DNA of 64,000 nt from a virus, in IMG/VR virus record IMGVR_UViG_3300034069_001161, positions 1 to 64,000 of that record; one strand, 5' to 3'. A model generated the notes under the pieces. It was not told the DNA's origin and did not search any database. It saw only the letters and a program-made list of their open reading frames with translations. How positions within the stretch are numbered: the stretch's first letter is position 1; each line of letters begins with the position of its first letter. Position numbers and translations under genes: made by a program. This document shows positions 33,434 through 42,049 of the stretch, piece after piece.

Positions 33434-34612
33434 ATGAAGCAGCTGGACATGACTCCCGCCCTCGTGGCGATGATTAAGGCAGCGGTCGGCGATGACGTCG
33501 ACCCGTCGGAGTTCGCGGTCTTCGAGACGATCATGCTCAACACCAAGCCGCTGCCCGGCAAGCGCGGCGCGCTGTTCGAGCAGGCGGTCGTCCAGCCGAT
33601 CACCCTCAAGGAGATGGTCGACGCCATCAACGGCGGCAATCACCTGCCGCTGGTCGCCGACCATGAGATGCTCGGCGCCCCCAAGGGCCGCCTGTTCCAT
33701 GCCGCGCTCGATTTCGAGGACGCCTCGCTGACGATGCGCGGGCTGTTCTACCTCGACCAGACCGAGACCACGCTGATCGCCAAGCTGAACGCCGGCGTCC
33801 TCGACGAGGTGTCGGTGGCGTTCATGTCGCGCGAGTTCAATTGCTCGGAATGTGGCTGGGACTACTTCGCCCCCGGCATCGATCGCGACCACCTCTATGC
33901 CCGCGTGTGCGCCAACGGCCACCAGATCGGCGTCGGCGGCGTCCACGGCGAGATGGTCGGGCTGGCCCAATTCGTTGAAACGTCGCTGGTTGCCCGCGGT
34001 GCAGCTGACAAACCGAAAATTGTTGGTAAGTCGCAATCGAAGTTGGCGCCCGAGGGGATCAAGCTCCTCGCCGCCGCCGGATTTGAGACCGACGAGCTGG
34101 TGGTGCAAGCCTCCCTCGGAGCAAAGGACGAGACGACAATGACCGATCCCAACGCTGCCCTGCTGACCCAGCTCACGACTCTGTCGGGCGAGAAGGGCGC
34201 GCTCACCGCGCAGTTGACCGCCGCCAACGGCGATCGCGACACGGCGCGCGGCGAGGTGACCCGCCTGACCGCGGACCTGACCACGGCCAACGCCACGATC
34301 GCCACGCTGACCGCCGAGAAGACGGCGCTGGAGGCGCGGCCCGAGGCGACCGTCGCCACCGAGCGTGACGAGGCGGTCACCTTCCTGCACGAGCAGCTCG
34401 ATCACCTGATGGTCGCCAAGGGCGAGACCAAGCTGGAGGGCACCGCGCGCCTGACCACGGTCGCCGCGCTCAAGGCCAAGATCGCCGAACTCACCGCCAA
34501 CCTGACCTCGATCCTGCCCGTGGGTGGAAAGTCGACGTCGGCCGGCGGCGACGACAACAAGACGGCGACGCTGTCGTATGACCCGAAGTTCGCCTTCGGC
34601 GTCCGCAAGTAA
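33434..34612 (+). CDS. prohead serine protease - scaffold fusion (392 aa)
   Basis: LPLVADHEMLGAPKGRLF...AGVLDEVSVAFMS fits HK97-type (S78) protease. The C-terminal LTAQLTAANGDRDTARGEVTRLTADLTTANATIATLTAEKTALE is coiled coil. There is an inserted CSECGW...CANGH segment. Confidence 0.7.
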   Translation: MKQLDMTPALVAMIKAAVGDDVDPSEFAVFETIMLNTKPLPGKRGALFEQAVVQPITLKEMVDAINGGNHLPLVADHEMLGAPKGRLFHAALDFEDASLTMRGLFYLDQTETTLIAKLNAGVLDEVSVAFMSREFNCSECGWDYFAPGIDRDHLYARVCANGHQIGVGGVHGEMVGLAQFVETSLVARGAADKPKIVGKSQSKLAPEGIKLLAAAGFETDELVVQASLGAKDETTMTDPNAALLTQLTTLSGEKGALTAQLTAANGDRDTARGEVTRLTADLTTANATIATLTAEKTALEARPEATVATERDEAVTFLHEQLDHLMVAKGETKLEGTARLTTVAALKAKIAELTANLTSILPVGGKSTSAGGDDNKTATLSYDPKFAFGVRK

Positions 34613-34624
34613 GGAGCGAATACC

Positions 34625-35047
34625 ATGGCCTACAACCAGACTGGTGTCGTCGCCGACGGTTTCCCGATCGGCCTGTTCACCTTCACCTACCACCTGTCCG
34701 GCTTCCCCTCGACGGCGACCGACGCCGATCTGGGCGCCGCGGCCGGCAAGGCGGTCTCGCTCGATACCGCGGCGGCCGCCACGGTCAAGCTCGCCACCGA
34801 CGGCGATGCGATCTTCGGTCGCATCTACGTGGCCGAGAACCGCGCGGCGATCGGCGGCGGCAAGGTCGCCTCGGTGGCGCGCAAGTTCAAGGAGCGCCTC
34901 CCCGCCGCGGCCGGTCACGGCATCGTCGTGGGTGACCGCGTGATCGGCGCGGGTGCCGGTCTCGTCAAGAAGGACGCCGCCGCGGCGGCCTCCAACCCGA
35001 TCGTCATCGAAGTCGGCACCGACTACGTCGTCGCCGAGAAGCTGTAA
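34625..35047 (+). CDS. head decoration-like protein (DUF2190-like), 140 aa
   Basis: Position between the protease and the capsid gene. Gly/Ala/Val-rich beta-like sequence. AAGGAG RBS. Confidence 0.45.
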   Translation: MAYNQTGVVADGFPIGLFTFTYHLSGFPSTATDADLGAAAGKAVSLDTAAAATVKLATDGDAIFGRIYVAENRAAIGGGKVASVARKFKERLPAAAGHGIVVGDRVIGAGAGLVKKDAAAAASNPIVIEVGTDYVVAEKL

Positions 35048-35059
35048 GGAACGACTGAC

Positions 35060-36280
35060 ATGGTGCCCAATCTCCTCGCAATCCGCGCCGGTCGTAAGCC
35101 GGCCGAGGTTCTGCTCGCGGGCATCAAGCCCGAGGACAAGAACCATTCCTCGTCGCTGCGCGCCGGTGAGAACCTCATCAAGCTCGCCAAGGAGGCGCAG
35201 CTGTCGATCGACGACTACCTGCGCCTCGCGGTCGACCCGAATGCCGGCCAGTTCAAGGGCTCCAAGCTCGACGGCTACGAGTGCGCCCTCGCGTATCTCG
35301 ACCTGCCGACGCGCGAGGACTTCGGCTCGGGTGTCCTCCTGCAGGCCGCCGCCGAGACGTTCAACACGTTCCCCGGTTCGCGCGCCCTGTTCCCGCCCGT
35401 GATCGACAACATCCTGCAGTGGAAGTACCGCCAGGATCAGATCGAGAACGTCGCCGCGCTCGTGTCGCAGTCGCGCACGATCAACGGCAACGAGGTCATC
35501 ACGAACGTCGTCGACGACAAGGCCGAGAACTACCAGCAGACGGGCGTGATCGCCGAAGGCGCCGAGATCCCGGTCCGGTCGCTCCGCATGGGCGAGAAGA
35601 ACGTCAAGTTCTACAAGTTCGGCGGCGGCATCGAGTTCACCTACGAGTTCGAGCGTCGCGCCAGCCTCGACATCATCACGCCGTATGCCGCGCGCATGCA
35701 GCGCGAGGTCGAGATCGGCCAGACGGCGATCGCCACGGCGCTGCTCATCAACGGCGACGGCACGGCGGCGCACGGCGCGGCGCCGGTCATCAACGCCAGC
35801 GATATCGCCGCGGGTTACCCGGAGGCGGGCCGCCCGGTCGCGCAGGCTGGTCGCCTGAACTGGGAGATCATCCTCAAGTGGCTGGTCGGCCAGGCGCAGA
35901 AGGGCGTGCCGATCGACACGGTGGTCGGCAACTGGGACATGTACCTCGAATGGATCCGGATGTTCAGCATCCCGACCCTCAACGGGGGCAAGACCCAGAT
36001 GGAGATCCTCGCCGACGCCGGTGTGCAGGTGGCTCGCGAGAACCCCCGTCTCCCGCTCGCGATGAACTTCGCGCTCTCCTCGACGGCCCCGGCCGGCAAG
36101 CTGATCGGCTACATCAAGGCCGAGACGATCGAGGAGCTGATCGAGAACGGCTCCGACATCGAGGAGTCGACCCGCGCGATCACCAACCAGCGGGTCAAGT
36201 ACGTCAAGACGACCAACCGCGGCTACCGCATGGTCTTCGGCGACACCCGCTCGGTCTTGAACCTGAACGCCTCGGCGTAA
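35060..36280 (+). CDS. major capsid protein (406 aa)
   Basis: Position, size, RBS, and a strong terminator immediately downstream. Confidence 0.7.
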   Translation: MVPNLLAIRAGRKPAEVLLAGIKPEDKNHSSSLRAGENLIKLAKEAQLSIDDYLRLAVDPNAGQFKGSKLDGYECALAYLDLPTREDFGSGVLLQAAAETFNTFPGSRALFPPVIDNILQWKYRQDQIENVAALVSQSRTINGNEVITNVVDDKAENYQQTGVIAEGAEIPVRSLRMGEKNVKFYKFGGGIEFTYEFERRASLDIITPYAARMQREVEIGQTAIATALLINGDGTAAHGAAPVINASDIAAGYPEAGRPVAQAGRLNWEIILKWLVGQAQKGVPIDTVVGNWDMYLEWIRMFSIPTLNGGKTQMEILADAGVQVARENPRLPLAMNFALSSTAPAGKLIGYIKAETIEELIENGSDIEESTRAITNQRVKYVKTTNRGYRMVFGDTRSVLNLNASA

Positions 36281-36303
36281 CGGTTCGGCCTCGCGGCACA
36301 GAG

Positions 36304-36336
36304 AGGGCGGCTCCTACGGGGCCGCCCTTTTCGTTT
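36304..36336 (+). terminator. intrinsic terminator after the major capsid gene
   Basis: GGGCGGCTCC-tac-GGGGCCGCCC followed by TTTTCGTTT. Confidence 0.8.
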
Positions 36337-36410
36337 GCACCGAGGGGAACCGTGCTTCCATTAGGCTTCATTACCCGTTACTACCCCGCCACCCTACTAC
36401 GGAGATTATC

Positions 36411-36827
36411 ATGGCCAAGCCCACTCCCACCGCGTCCGGCCGTCCCGTCGCCCCCGGCGTCGATCCGATCACCCCCGTCCAGCCGCAGCCGCAGGACACG
36501 ACGCGCACGCAGGACGCCGCCACGCTGGGTCAGGACAATGACGCGGCCAAGCGCATCGCGCAGGAGGACCGCCCGGCCGCGCCGGACGCCAATCCGGTCG
36601 TTCTCAACGACCAGTCGCCGAACCTGACCAAGGACGACGGCGAGCGCCCGCTCTCCGGCGCCGGGGCGACGCCAGAGGTCGAGATGGTCAAGGTCAAGAC
36701 CAAGGGCGACTACATGCTGATGGACCCCTACTCGACCAAGTCGATCGACAAGGATGGCGCCGAGGTGCCGGTGACGTCCTTCATCAATGACGAGCTGGCC
36801 GAGGGCGGCCGGCTGGAGAAGGCGTAA
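36411..36827 (+). CDS. hypothetical virion-module protein (138 aa, Pro/Asp-rich N-terminus)
   Basis: ORF track. GGAGA RBS. Confidence 0.6.
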   Translation: MAKPTPTASGRPVAPGVDPITPVQPQPQDTTRTQDAATLGQDNDAAKRIAQEDRPAAPDANPVVLNDQSPNLTKDDGERPLSGAGATPEVEMVKVKTKGDYMLMDPYSTKSIDKDGAEVPVTSFINDELAEGGRLEKA

Positions 36828-37534
36828 TGATCGTCCGCAGCGGTCTTGCGCTGTCGATCCCCGTCCTGTTCGCCTCGGGCGTGCCCGATGCGGGAGTCGC
36901 TTGGCGTCTCCTGAACGGGATCGGGGTTGAGATCGCGAGCGGGACCGTTGCGGTGCCCGAGGGGGCTGTCTCCCTCAACCTGCCGATCGCCGCTGAGCAC
37001 AACACGCTCGGCGGCGGTTCGCTGTTCGCCAGCCGCGATTTCGAGTGGAGCTACACCATCGACGGTGCGGTCGTGAACGGCGAAGAGCGCTACTCCGTCG
37101 AGGCGCGCGCGCCGTACGGCGCCTCCAACGCCGGGGTCCGGGCCAAGCTCGGCGTTGAGCTGAAAGATCTGCCCGATGGAGACGTCTCGCTGATCCGCGC
37201 CTACATCGCCTTTCGCGACGTGGTCGGAGCCGACCGTCTTTCGGCCACCACTGACGAGGCCGATCTCCTTTCCGTTCGTGACGCGATCGAGGCGCAGGCC
37301 GCGCTCAATCTGGTGCCCACCATGGCGGTCCGCGTCGCCGTGTCCGAGGACAGTGGCACCAACGCGTTCAAGCGGCAGGCCGTGGATTGGGGCGCGATCG
37401 CCGAGGGCTTGTCGTCGATCATCGACGCCGCTGTCGTTGCCGTCAATCCGACCTACGACCCGAGTCCGACGGGCGCCCTGTTCATTCTGGCGACCCCGAC
37501 CACCGACCCGATCACCGGCGGCACATACACCTAA
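36827..37534 (+). CDS. putative head-tail connector/adaptor protein (235 aa)
   Basis: ORF track. TAATG coupling. The function is inferred from position only. Confidence 0.5.
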   Translation: MIVRSGLALSIPVLFASGVPDAGVAWRLLNGIGVEIASGTVAVPEGAVSLNLPIAAEHNTLGGGSLFASRDFEWSYTIDGAVVNGEERYSVEARAPYGASNAGVRAKLGVELKDLPDGDVSLIRAYIAFRDVVGADRLSATTDEADLLSVRDAIEAQAALNLVPTMAVRVAVSEDSGTNAFKRQAVDWGAIAEGLSSIIDAAVVAVNPTYDPSPTGALFILATPTTDPITGGTYT

Positions 37535-37974
37535 GTGCCGGTGCGGAGCAGCTCGATGCCGATCGTTCGGTAGTTGCGCTGCTCCGATTGTGCCATCGGC
37601 AGCACCCGGAACGAGGAAACCACCAGCTCGCTGGCGATCGAACCGTCAGCCAGCTTCAACAGGTCGAGCTTCTTACCCTCACCGAACCGCTCATCGATCA
37701 TTCCGATCAGCTCGATCTCGGTCAGCAGGTTGGTGTCGCGATAGCTCGACACCGCCAGTGCGAACCGGATGATCCATCGCCCCTCGTTCTCGTCGAATGC
37801 GAACCCGTCGGTGCCGATCAAGGTCTTCTGCGGCAGCTTGGTTTCGGGCGTCCGCTCTTCCCAGTTGTGGTAGTCGATGTCTTCCGGGTATAGCCCCTCG
37901 GTATTGATCGTTTCGATCATCTCGGTGATCGCACGGACGATCGACTTATAGACTGCAGGAATTGGTGACGACAT
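37531..37974 (-). CDS. putative head-tail joining/tail completion protein on the reverse strand (147 aa)
   Basis: ORF track. GGAG 9 nt before the ATG. The composition is typical of small connector proteins. The function is a guess. Confidence 0.5.
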   Translation of the reverse strand: MSSPIPAVYKSIVRAITEMIETINTEGLYPEDIDYHNWEERTPETKLPQKTLIGTDGFAFDENEGRWIIRFALAVSSYRDTNLLTEIELIGMIDERFGEGKKLDLLKLADGSIASELVVSSFRVLPMAQSEQRNYRTIGIELLRTGT

Positions 37975-38875
37975 GCCTACTACTCCGCTTCGGCCAATTC
38001 GCTACGTCTTCGTCCTTGGTAAGGGAGTAGTCAAGCGGCGTCGTGAATCGGAGAACCCTACGCAGTTCATCGCGCAGCAGGTCGCAATTCAGTTCGCCAA
38101 CGACAACTGGGAGAAGTCCAAGAAGCAGCTGCGCGAGGCGATCCGCGCCGACGTGATGGCCGAGATGACCTACGTCGCCGGCCAGTTCCGTCGCAATGTC
38201 ATCGGCGCGCCGGGGGCACAGAAGGGGCTCGTGGGCCGGCTCACGACGCGCAGCAAGGGACCCGATCAGCCCAGCGAGAACCTCGCCAGCCTGCCGCGCT
38301 GGGCGCCGCGCGACGCCCGCTATCTCAAGCGCAAGCAGGCTCGCCCGCCGCACGGCGCTGGTCACGACAACTGGTTCGACAACACGGGCTGGACGCCTGC
38401 GAGCGGCAAGCCCGGCGGTACTCTGAAGAAGTTCTTTGCAGCACGCGAGGGCGAGAGCGTCAGCGGCGCCACTGTCAACGTGGGCTCGGGCGGTGTGTTC
38501 GAGGAGCTGTTCGGTGGCGTCAGCGTGGAGATCTTGCGCGACCGCAGCGGCGCGGCGCCGGCCGGCGGGACGATGCGGATCGACGGGCGCGGCCACATGC
38601 AGATTCAGCTCGCTACCATTCGCGTGCGCGCGCTCGGCCAGCTGACCGATGCAATGCTCAAGGTCGGCGATACCTCGAACCGCGCGCTGCTCGATCAGGT
38701 CGCCAAGACCGACCCCGATGTTGCCCTGCGTCTGCGCGGCGGGAGGGGGCGATATCGACCCACCATGGAGCCCTACCTTGCCTTCTTCCTTCGTCGCGCG
38801 CTGCCGTACGCCGTACAGCAGCGCATCGCCCGTGGCGTCACCTCCGGCCGCCTGTTCGTCAACCGATCGTCATAG
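37973..38875 (+). CDS. hypothetical virion-module protein (300 aa; start uncertain)
   Basis: G/C-rich third positions on the + frame. The - ORF 37946..38596 is its shadow. The first ~25 codons show a weaker coding signal. Confidence 0.55.
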   Translation: MPTTPLRPIRYVFVLGKGVVKRRRESENPTQFIAQQVAIQFANDNWEKSKKQLREAIRADVMAEMTYVAGQFRRNVIGAPGAQKGLVGRLTTRSKGPDQPSENLASLPRWAPRDARYLKRKQARPPHGAGHDNWFDNTGWTPASGKPGGTLKKFFAAREGESVSGATVNVGSGGVFEELFGGVSVEILRDRSGAAPAGGTMRIDGRGHMQIQLATIRVRALGQLTDAMLKVGDTSNRALLDQVAKTDPDVALRLRGGRGRYRPTMEPYLAFFLRRALPYAVQQRIARGVTSGRLFVNRSS

Positions 38876-39556
38876 CCGCGTTGATCGCCTCGACCGCGGC
38901 TTCCACGCTGGTGTGACCGGCGGCCAAGTCCTTCACGCCCTTGTCACCCAGCTTGGGCGGCGCGCCGGTGGTCTTGCCGTCGCCGAGCGCGGCGTTGAGG
39001 ATCATGACGAATGAGTTGTGGTGGGAGAGCAGCGTTGCGTTCTGCTCTCCCAGCTTGAGCTGGATCTTCTGCGCAATCTCACGGCGCGCGTAGCGCCAGT
39101 AGAGATCGGCGTAGAGATCGCCCTCGACTACTCCGAAGGCCCAGCAGACGGCGTCGTCGAAGCTGAGTTCTCGGAACCATCCGTGGAGAGCTTCGGTAGG
39201 GCCTGGTTGTACTGGACCCCGAGCTGGGCCATCACCAGGGTCCGCTTGATGAAAAAATAGAGGGCGTGTTCCGTCGCCCAGCTCAAGATCGCCTCGATCT
39301 GATCGGAGTCGATCTCGACCATGTCCATGTCGATCAGCTCGGCCGGATCGGTGATGATCTTCTTCTTGTCGGTCAGCACCCGCCGAATGATGTAGTCCTG
39401 CGTGTACATGTCGTCGCGGATCATCACGAGCGCGGTGGCCGGGTCGGGGAGCATTCGGCGGATGTCCATCTCCAGTCCGTACGTCATCTTGATCTCGCGA
39501 TCGCCGACCATGATTGTCAGGTCGGGGCGCGGCGGCAGGGGGTCAGAGACTGACAT
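38859..39556 (-). CDS. predicted gpGT-like transframe product (-1 frameshift at 39257..39251)
   Basis: The -1 frame is open from the heptamer to TGA 38861..38859. It encodes ...ALHGWFRELSFDDAVCWAFGVVEGDLYADLYWRYARREIAQKIQLKLGEQNATLLSHHNSFVMILNAALGDGKTTG...AINAAMTIG with G/C-rich third positions and no upstream canonical start codon. Confidence 0.5.
39128..39556 (-). CDS. tail assembly chaperone, gpG-like zero-frame product (142 aa)
   Basis: Acidic ~140-aa protein. LTIMVGDREIKMTYGLEMDIRRML is TAC-like. It has a Ser/Thr/Pro-rich C-terminal tail like lambda G. Slippery heptamer 38 codons before the stop. Confidence 0.55.
   Translation of the reverse strand: MSVSDPLPPRPDLTIMVGDREIKMTYGLEMDIRRMLPDPATALVMIRDDMYTQDYIIRRVLTDKKKIITDPAELIDMDMVEIDSDQIEAILSWATEHALYFFIKRTLVMAQLGVQYNQALPKLSTDGSENSASTTPSAGPSE
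39251..39257 (-). other. candidate -1 ribosomal slippery site U UUU UUC
   Basis: The + strand reads gaaaaaa. On the - strand the zero-frame codons are TAT TTT TTC, so the heptamer is in X XXY YYZ phase. Confidence 0.5.
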
Positions 39557-39758
39557 CGGAGGTGACCTCTCGCTTGATGAGACGGGCGACGGCAGCGTCG
39601 AGGCTGATGTGTTCGCCGAGCCCGAGCCGCAGCAGCTGGTTGACCTTGACGTTGGTGGCGACGCCCTCGGCGATGGCTAGATCGCCAACTCGATTATAGA
39701 GCGATTCGGGGATCCGCACGGTGAAGCTGCGGTGCGGTTCTTTAGGGGGCTGAGCCAT
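39543..39758 (-). CDS. ribbon-helix-helix (Arc/CopG-like) DNA-binding protein (71 aa)
   Basis: Trimmed to ATG 39758 (GGAGAG upstream). RSFTVRIPESLYNRVGDLAIAEGVATNVKVNQLLRLGL fits a beta-strand plus two helices. Confidence 0.6.
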   Translation of the reverse strand: MAQPPKEPHRSFTVRIPESLYNRVGDLAIAEGVATNVKVNQLLRLGLGEHISLDAAVARLIKREVTSDVSL

Positions 39759-39853
39759 AACTCTCCGTTGGTGATCGGCGGTTGCGAGATTTGCTATTGA
39801 GCGAAACCACAAATAAGGCAAGAGGCATTCTGAGTTTCCAAAGGAGCGCCACC

Positions 39854-40702
39854 ATGGCCGACGTCCAGAAGTCCGCATTTGCCCTGTCCTCGGCCACGCT
39901 CATGATTGGTCGTGCCTTCGTCGATGACGTGTTCTCGCTCACCCCGGCCCAGCACTCGGTCGGTATGGCCAGCGAAGTCACGGTCGGGCTGGACAGTTCG
40001 ATCAATGAACTGCTCAACGGCGTCGCGCAGGCATCGGTGGACGCCAAGCGCACCGGCGTTTCTTCGAGCATCACCGGCAACGTCTTCGAGATGACCGCGC
40101 AGAACTTCATGCGCTCGCACGCCATGTCCGGCGCGGCGACGCCGGTGAAGCGCGGTCGGCTGTCGGCGGCCCTGACCTCCGGGGCCACGTCGGTGTCGAT
40201 CGTTTCCGATCCGATCCCCGGCGAGGCCACCTCGGCGATCACGGCGACGACCGACATCCCCTCGGGTTCGACCATTCTGATCCAGCGCGTCGACGGCGAG
40301 CAGGACTACGTGTTCCCGACGGTCACCTCCGCCGTTGCGACGGGCACCGGTCCCTACGTCGCCGCGCTCGGCGCCGACTACGCTATCCCCGCGGGCATGA
40401 CGTTCCCCGCCGGCGCCCGCGTGTGGATCGTCCAGCCGGTTCCGGTCGGCGACATCGATGCCGACGATCTGTTCTGCGTCAAGATCGCCGGTGTGCTGAC
40501 GAACTTCGATCGCCCGATGGTCTACATCGCGCCCAAGGTCCGCATGGTGAAGGGCTTCGGGCTGGCGTGGAACGAGACCCAGTACGGCTCCATGGCCTGG
40601 GAGATGAAGCCGTTCCTGCTTTCGCGCGGCGAGGTGGCGTCGGCGACCCGCATGGCCGAGATCGGCACCCGGCGAACCGGGCGTCTCTACATCGGCGGTT
40701 AA
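39854..40702 (+). CDS. major tail protein (283 aa)
   Basis: Start at ATG 39854 (AAGGAG at 39841). Size and a terminator downstream support the call. It sits upstream of the tail-tip genes. Confidence 0.6.
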   Translation: MADVQKSAFALSSATLMIGRAFVDDVFSLTPAQHSVGMASEVTVGLDSSINELLNGVAQASVDAKRTGVSSSITGNVFEMTAQNFMRSHAMSGAATPVKRGRLSAALTSGATSVSIVSDPIPGEATSAITATTDIPSGSTILIQRVDGEQDYVFPTVTSAVATGTGPYVAALGADYAIPAGMTFPAGARVWIVQPVPVGDIDADDLFCVKIAGVLTNFDRPMVYIAPKVRMVKGFGLAWNETQYGSMAWEMKPFLLSRGEVASATRMAEIGTRRTGRLYIGG

Positions 40703-40728
40703 GCGGTTCTCGCTTGACGGTTATAGGG

Positions 40729-40762
40729 TGGGCGGTCCAAAGCGGGCCGCCCATCTTCGTTT
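40729..40762 (+). terminator. intrinsic terminator after the major tail gene
   Basis: TGGGCGGTCC-aaagc-GGGCCGCCCA followed by TCTTCGTTT. Confidence 0.7.
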
Positions 40763-40771
40763 GGAGCCCTC

Positions 40772-41269
40772 GTGCCTCAATCTATTCCTCTGGAACACGT
40801 CAAGGACTCGCACCAGCTTCTCGCCGACGGGCGGGTAGAGCTGTTCGAGCTGACCCCCTCCGGCGGCACCGGTGTTGTTCGCTTCAAGAACGATAACGAT
40901 GTCACGTGGCGTGGTCAGACCTACACCGGCATACCGTGTAGCATGTCCGGGGAAAAGAAGTCCTCCGATATCGGTCTGTCGATGCCCAAGCTCCAGATCG
41001 GTCAGCCAAATATTGATCTGTCACAATTCAAAGCGCTCGTTTATGACGGATATCTCGACAACGCGATTGTCGTGAAGATGACTGTCCTGCTCGACAATCT
41101 CCTCAACAACCGACTGATTCGAGAAATCAACACCTATCGAGTCAAGCGTGTCGAGCAGTATAGCCGGACGCAAATCAGTCTCCAGCTGGCTACGTTGTCG
41201 GATAGCTTGGGATTTTCCATTCCGTATCGTCAGTATCTGCCTCCGGCATTTCCTTCGGTGCAGATGTGA
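40772..41269 (+). CDS. minor tail protein, lambda gpL-like N-terminal domain only (165 aa, GTG start)
   Basis: VELFELTPSGGTGVVRFKNDNDVTWRGQTYTGIPCSMSG...PKLQIGQPN parallels lambda L (VVLWEIDLT..GG..YFF...VTWQGRQYQPYPI...PTLTVSN). The C-terminal Cys cluster of lambda L is absent. Confidence 0.7.
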   Translation: MPQSIPLEHVKDSHQLLADGRVELFELTPSGGTGVVRFKNDNDVTWRGQTYTGIPCSMSGEKKSSDIGLSMPKLQIGQPNIDLSQFKALVYDGYLDNAIVVKMTVLLDNLLNNRLIREINTYRVKRVEQYSRTQISLQLATLSDSLGFSIPYRQYLPPAFPSVQM

Positions 41270-41745
41270 TTCTCGAAGATCTCAAATACGAGCACCTGCT
41301 CGATCGTCCATTCAGCTGGGGAAGCAGCGATTGTTTGTCGCTGTTTCGTGATTTCTACCGAGACAATTTCGGTATCAACATCACCAACTACGCCCGACCC
41401 AGCGACTGGTCTTCGGATCAACTCGATCTGATGCGGCTGTGCTACGAGCGTGAGGGTTTCGAGCTGATCTCGGATTGGAAGCTCAAGGACTTGCGGCCGG
41501 CTGATGTTCTATGTATGGCGATCGGCGAACGCAACGCCAATCACTTCGCCATCAATCTCGGCAACGACCAGCTCGTCCATCATCTCTACGGGCGGCGCTC
41601 AACCTTGGAGACCTTTCGCGGCTTCTATCGCAATTCGATCTGCTATATCCTTCGTCACCCCGACGTTCCCGACCTCACCCCGGTCTACCCCGACGTCGAT
41701 ATCAGGACGCTTCTCGATGCTCGAAACGCTCTACAACCCCAGTGA
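41266..41745 (+). CDS. NlpC/P60 (C40) peptidase-like tail protein (gpK C-terminal-domain equivalent), 159 aa
   Basis: FSWGSSDCLSLFRDFY (catalytic Cys context) ...NHFAINLGNDQLVHH (His). GTG start overlaps the gpL stop. Confidence 0.65.
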   Translation: MILEDLKYEHLLDRPFSWGSSDCLSLFRDFYRDNFGINITNYARPSDWSSDQLDLMRLCYEREGFELISDWKLKDLRPADVLCMAIGERNANHFAINLGNDQLVHHLYGRRSTLETFRGFYRNSICYILRHPDVPDLTPVYPDVDIRTLLDARNALQPQ

Positions 41746-42049
41746 TACGGACGAGCGCTGTGGGCTGATCCTGACCGACGGATCGATCGTCGAGATCGAG
41801 AACATCGCGGAGGATAAAACCGACAGCTACGACATGTCGCCCGAGGCGGTGCTCCCGTTCCTCGATGCCGGGACGATCGCGGGTACGTGGCACACGCACC
41901 CCGGCGGCGACCCCAACCTTAGTGGTGCGGACTATTCGGGCTTCCTCGGTTATCCCGAGCTGGAGCACAACATCGTCGGCATCCGAGATGGCAAGATCAC
42001 GGTCACCCGCTGGCGGGTTCAGGATGGATTGGTAGTCGCATGCGATTGA
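41717..42049 (+). CDS. JAB/MPN-domain tail protein (gpK N-terminal-domain equivalent), 110 aa
   Basis: Start at ATG 41717. GTWHTHPGGDPNLSGADY is the JAMM H-x-H-x7-S-xx-D motif. Confidence 0.65.
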   Translation: MLETLYNPSDTDERCGLILTDGSIVEIENIAEDKTDSYDMSPEAVLPFLDAGTIAGTWHTHPGGDPNLSGADYSGFLGYPELEHNIVGIRDGKITVTRWRVQDGLVVACD

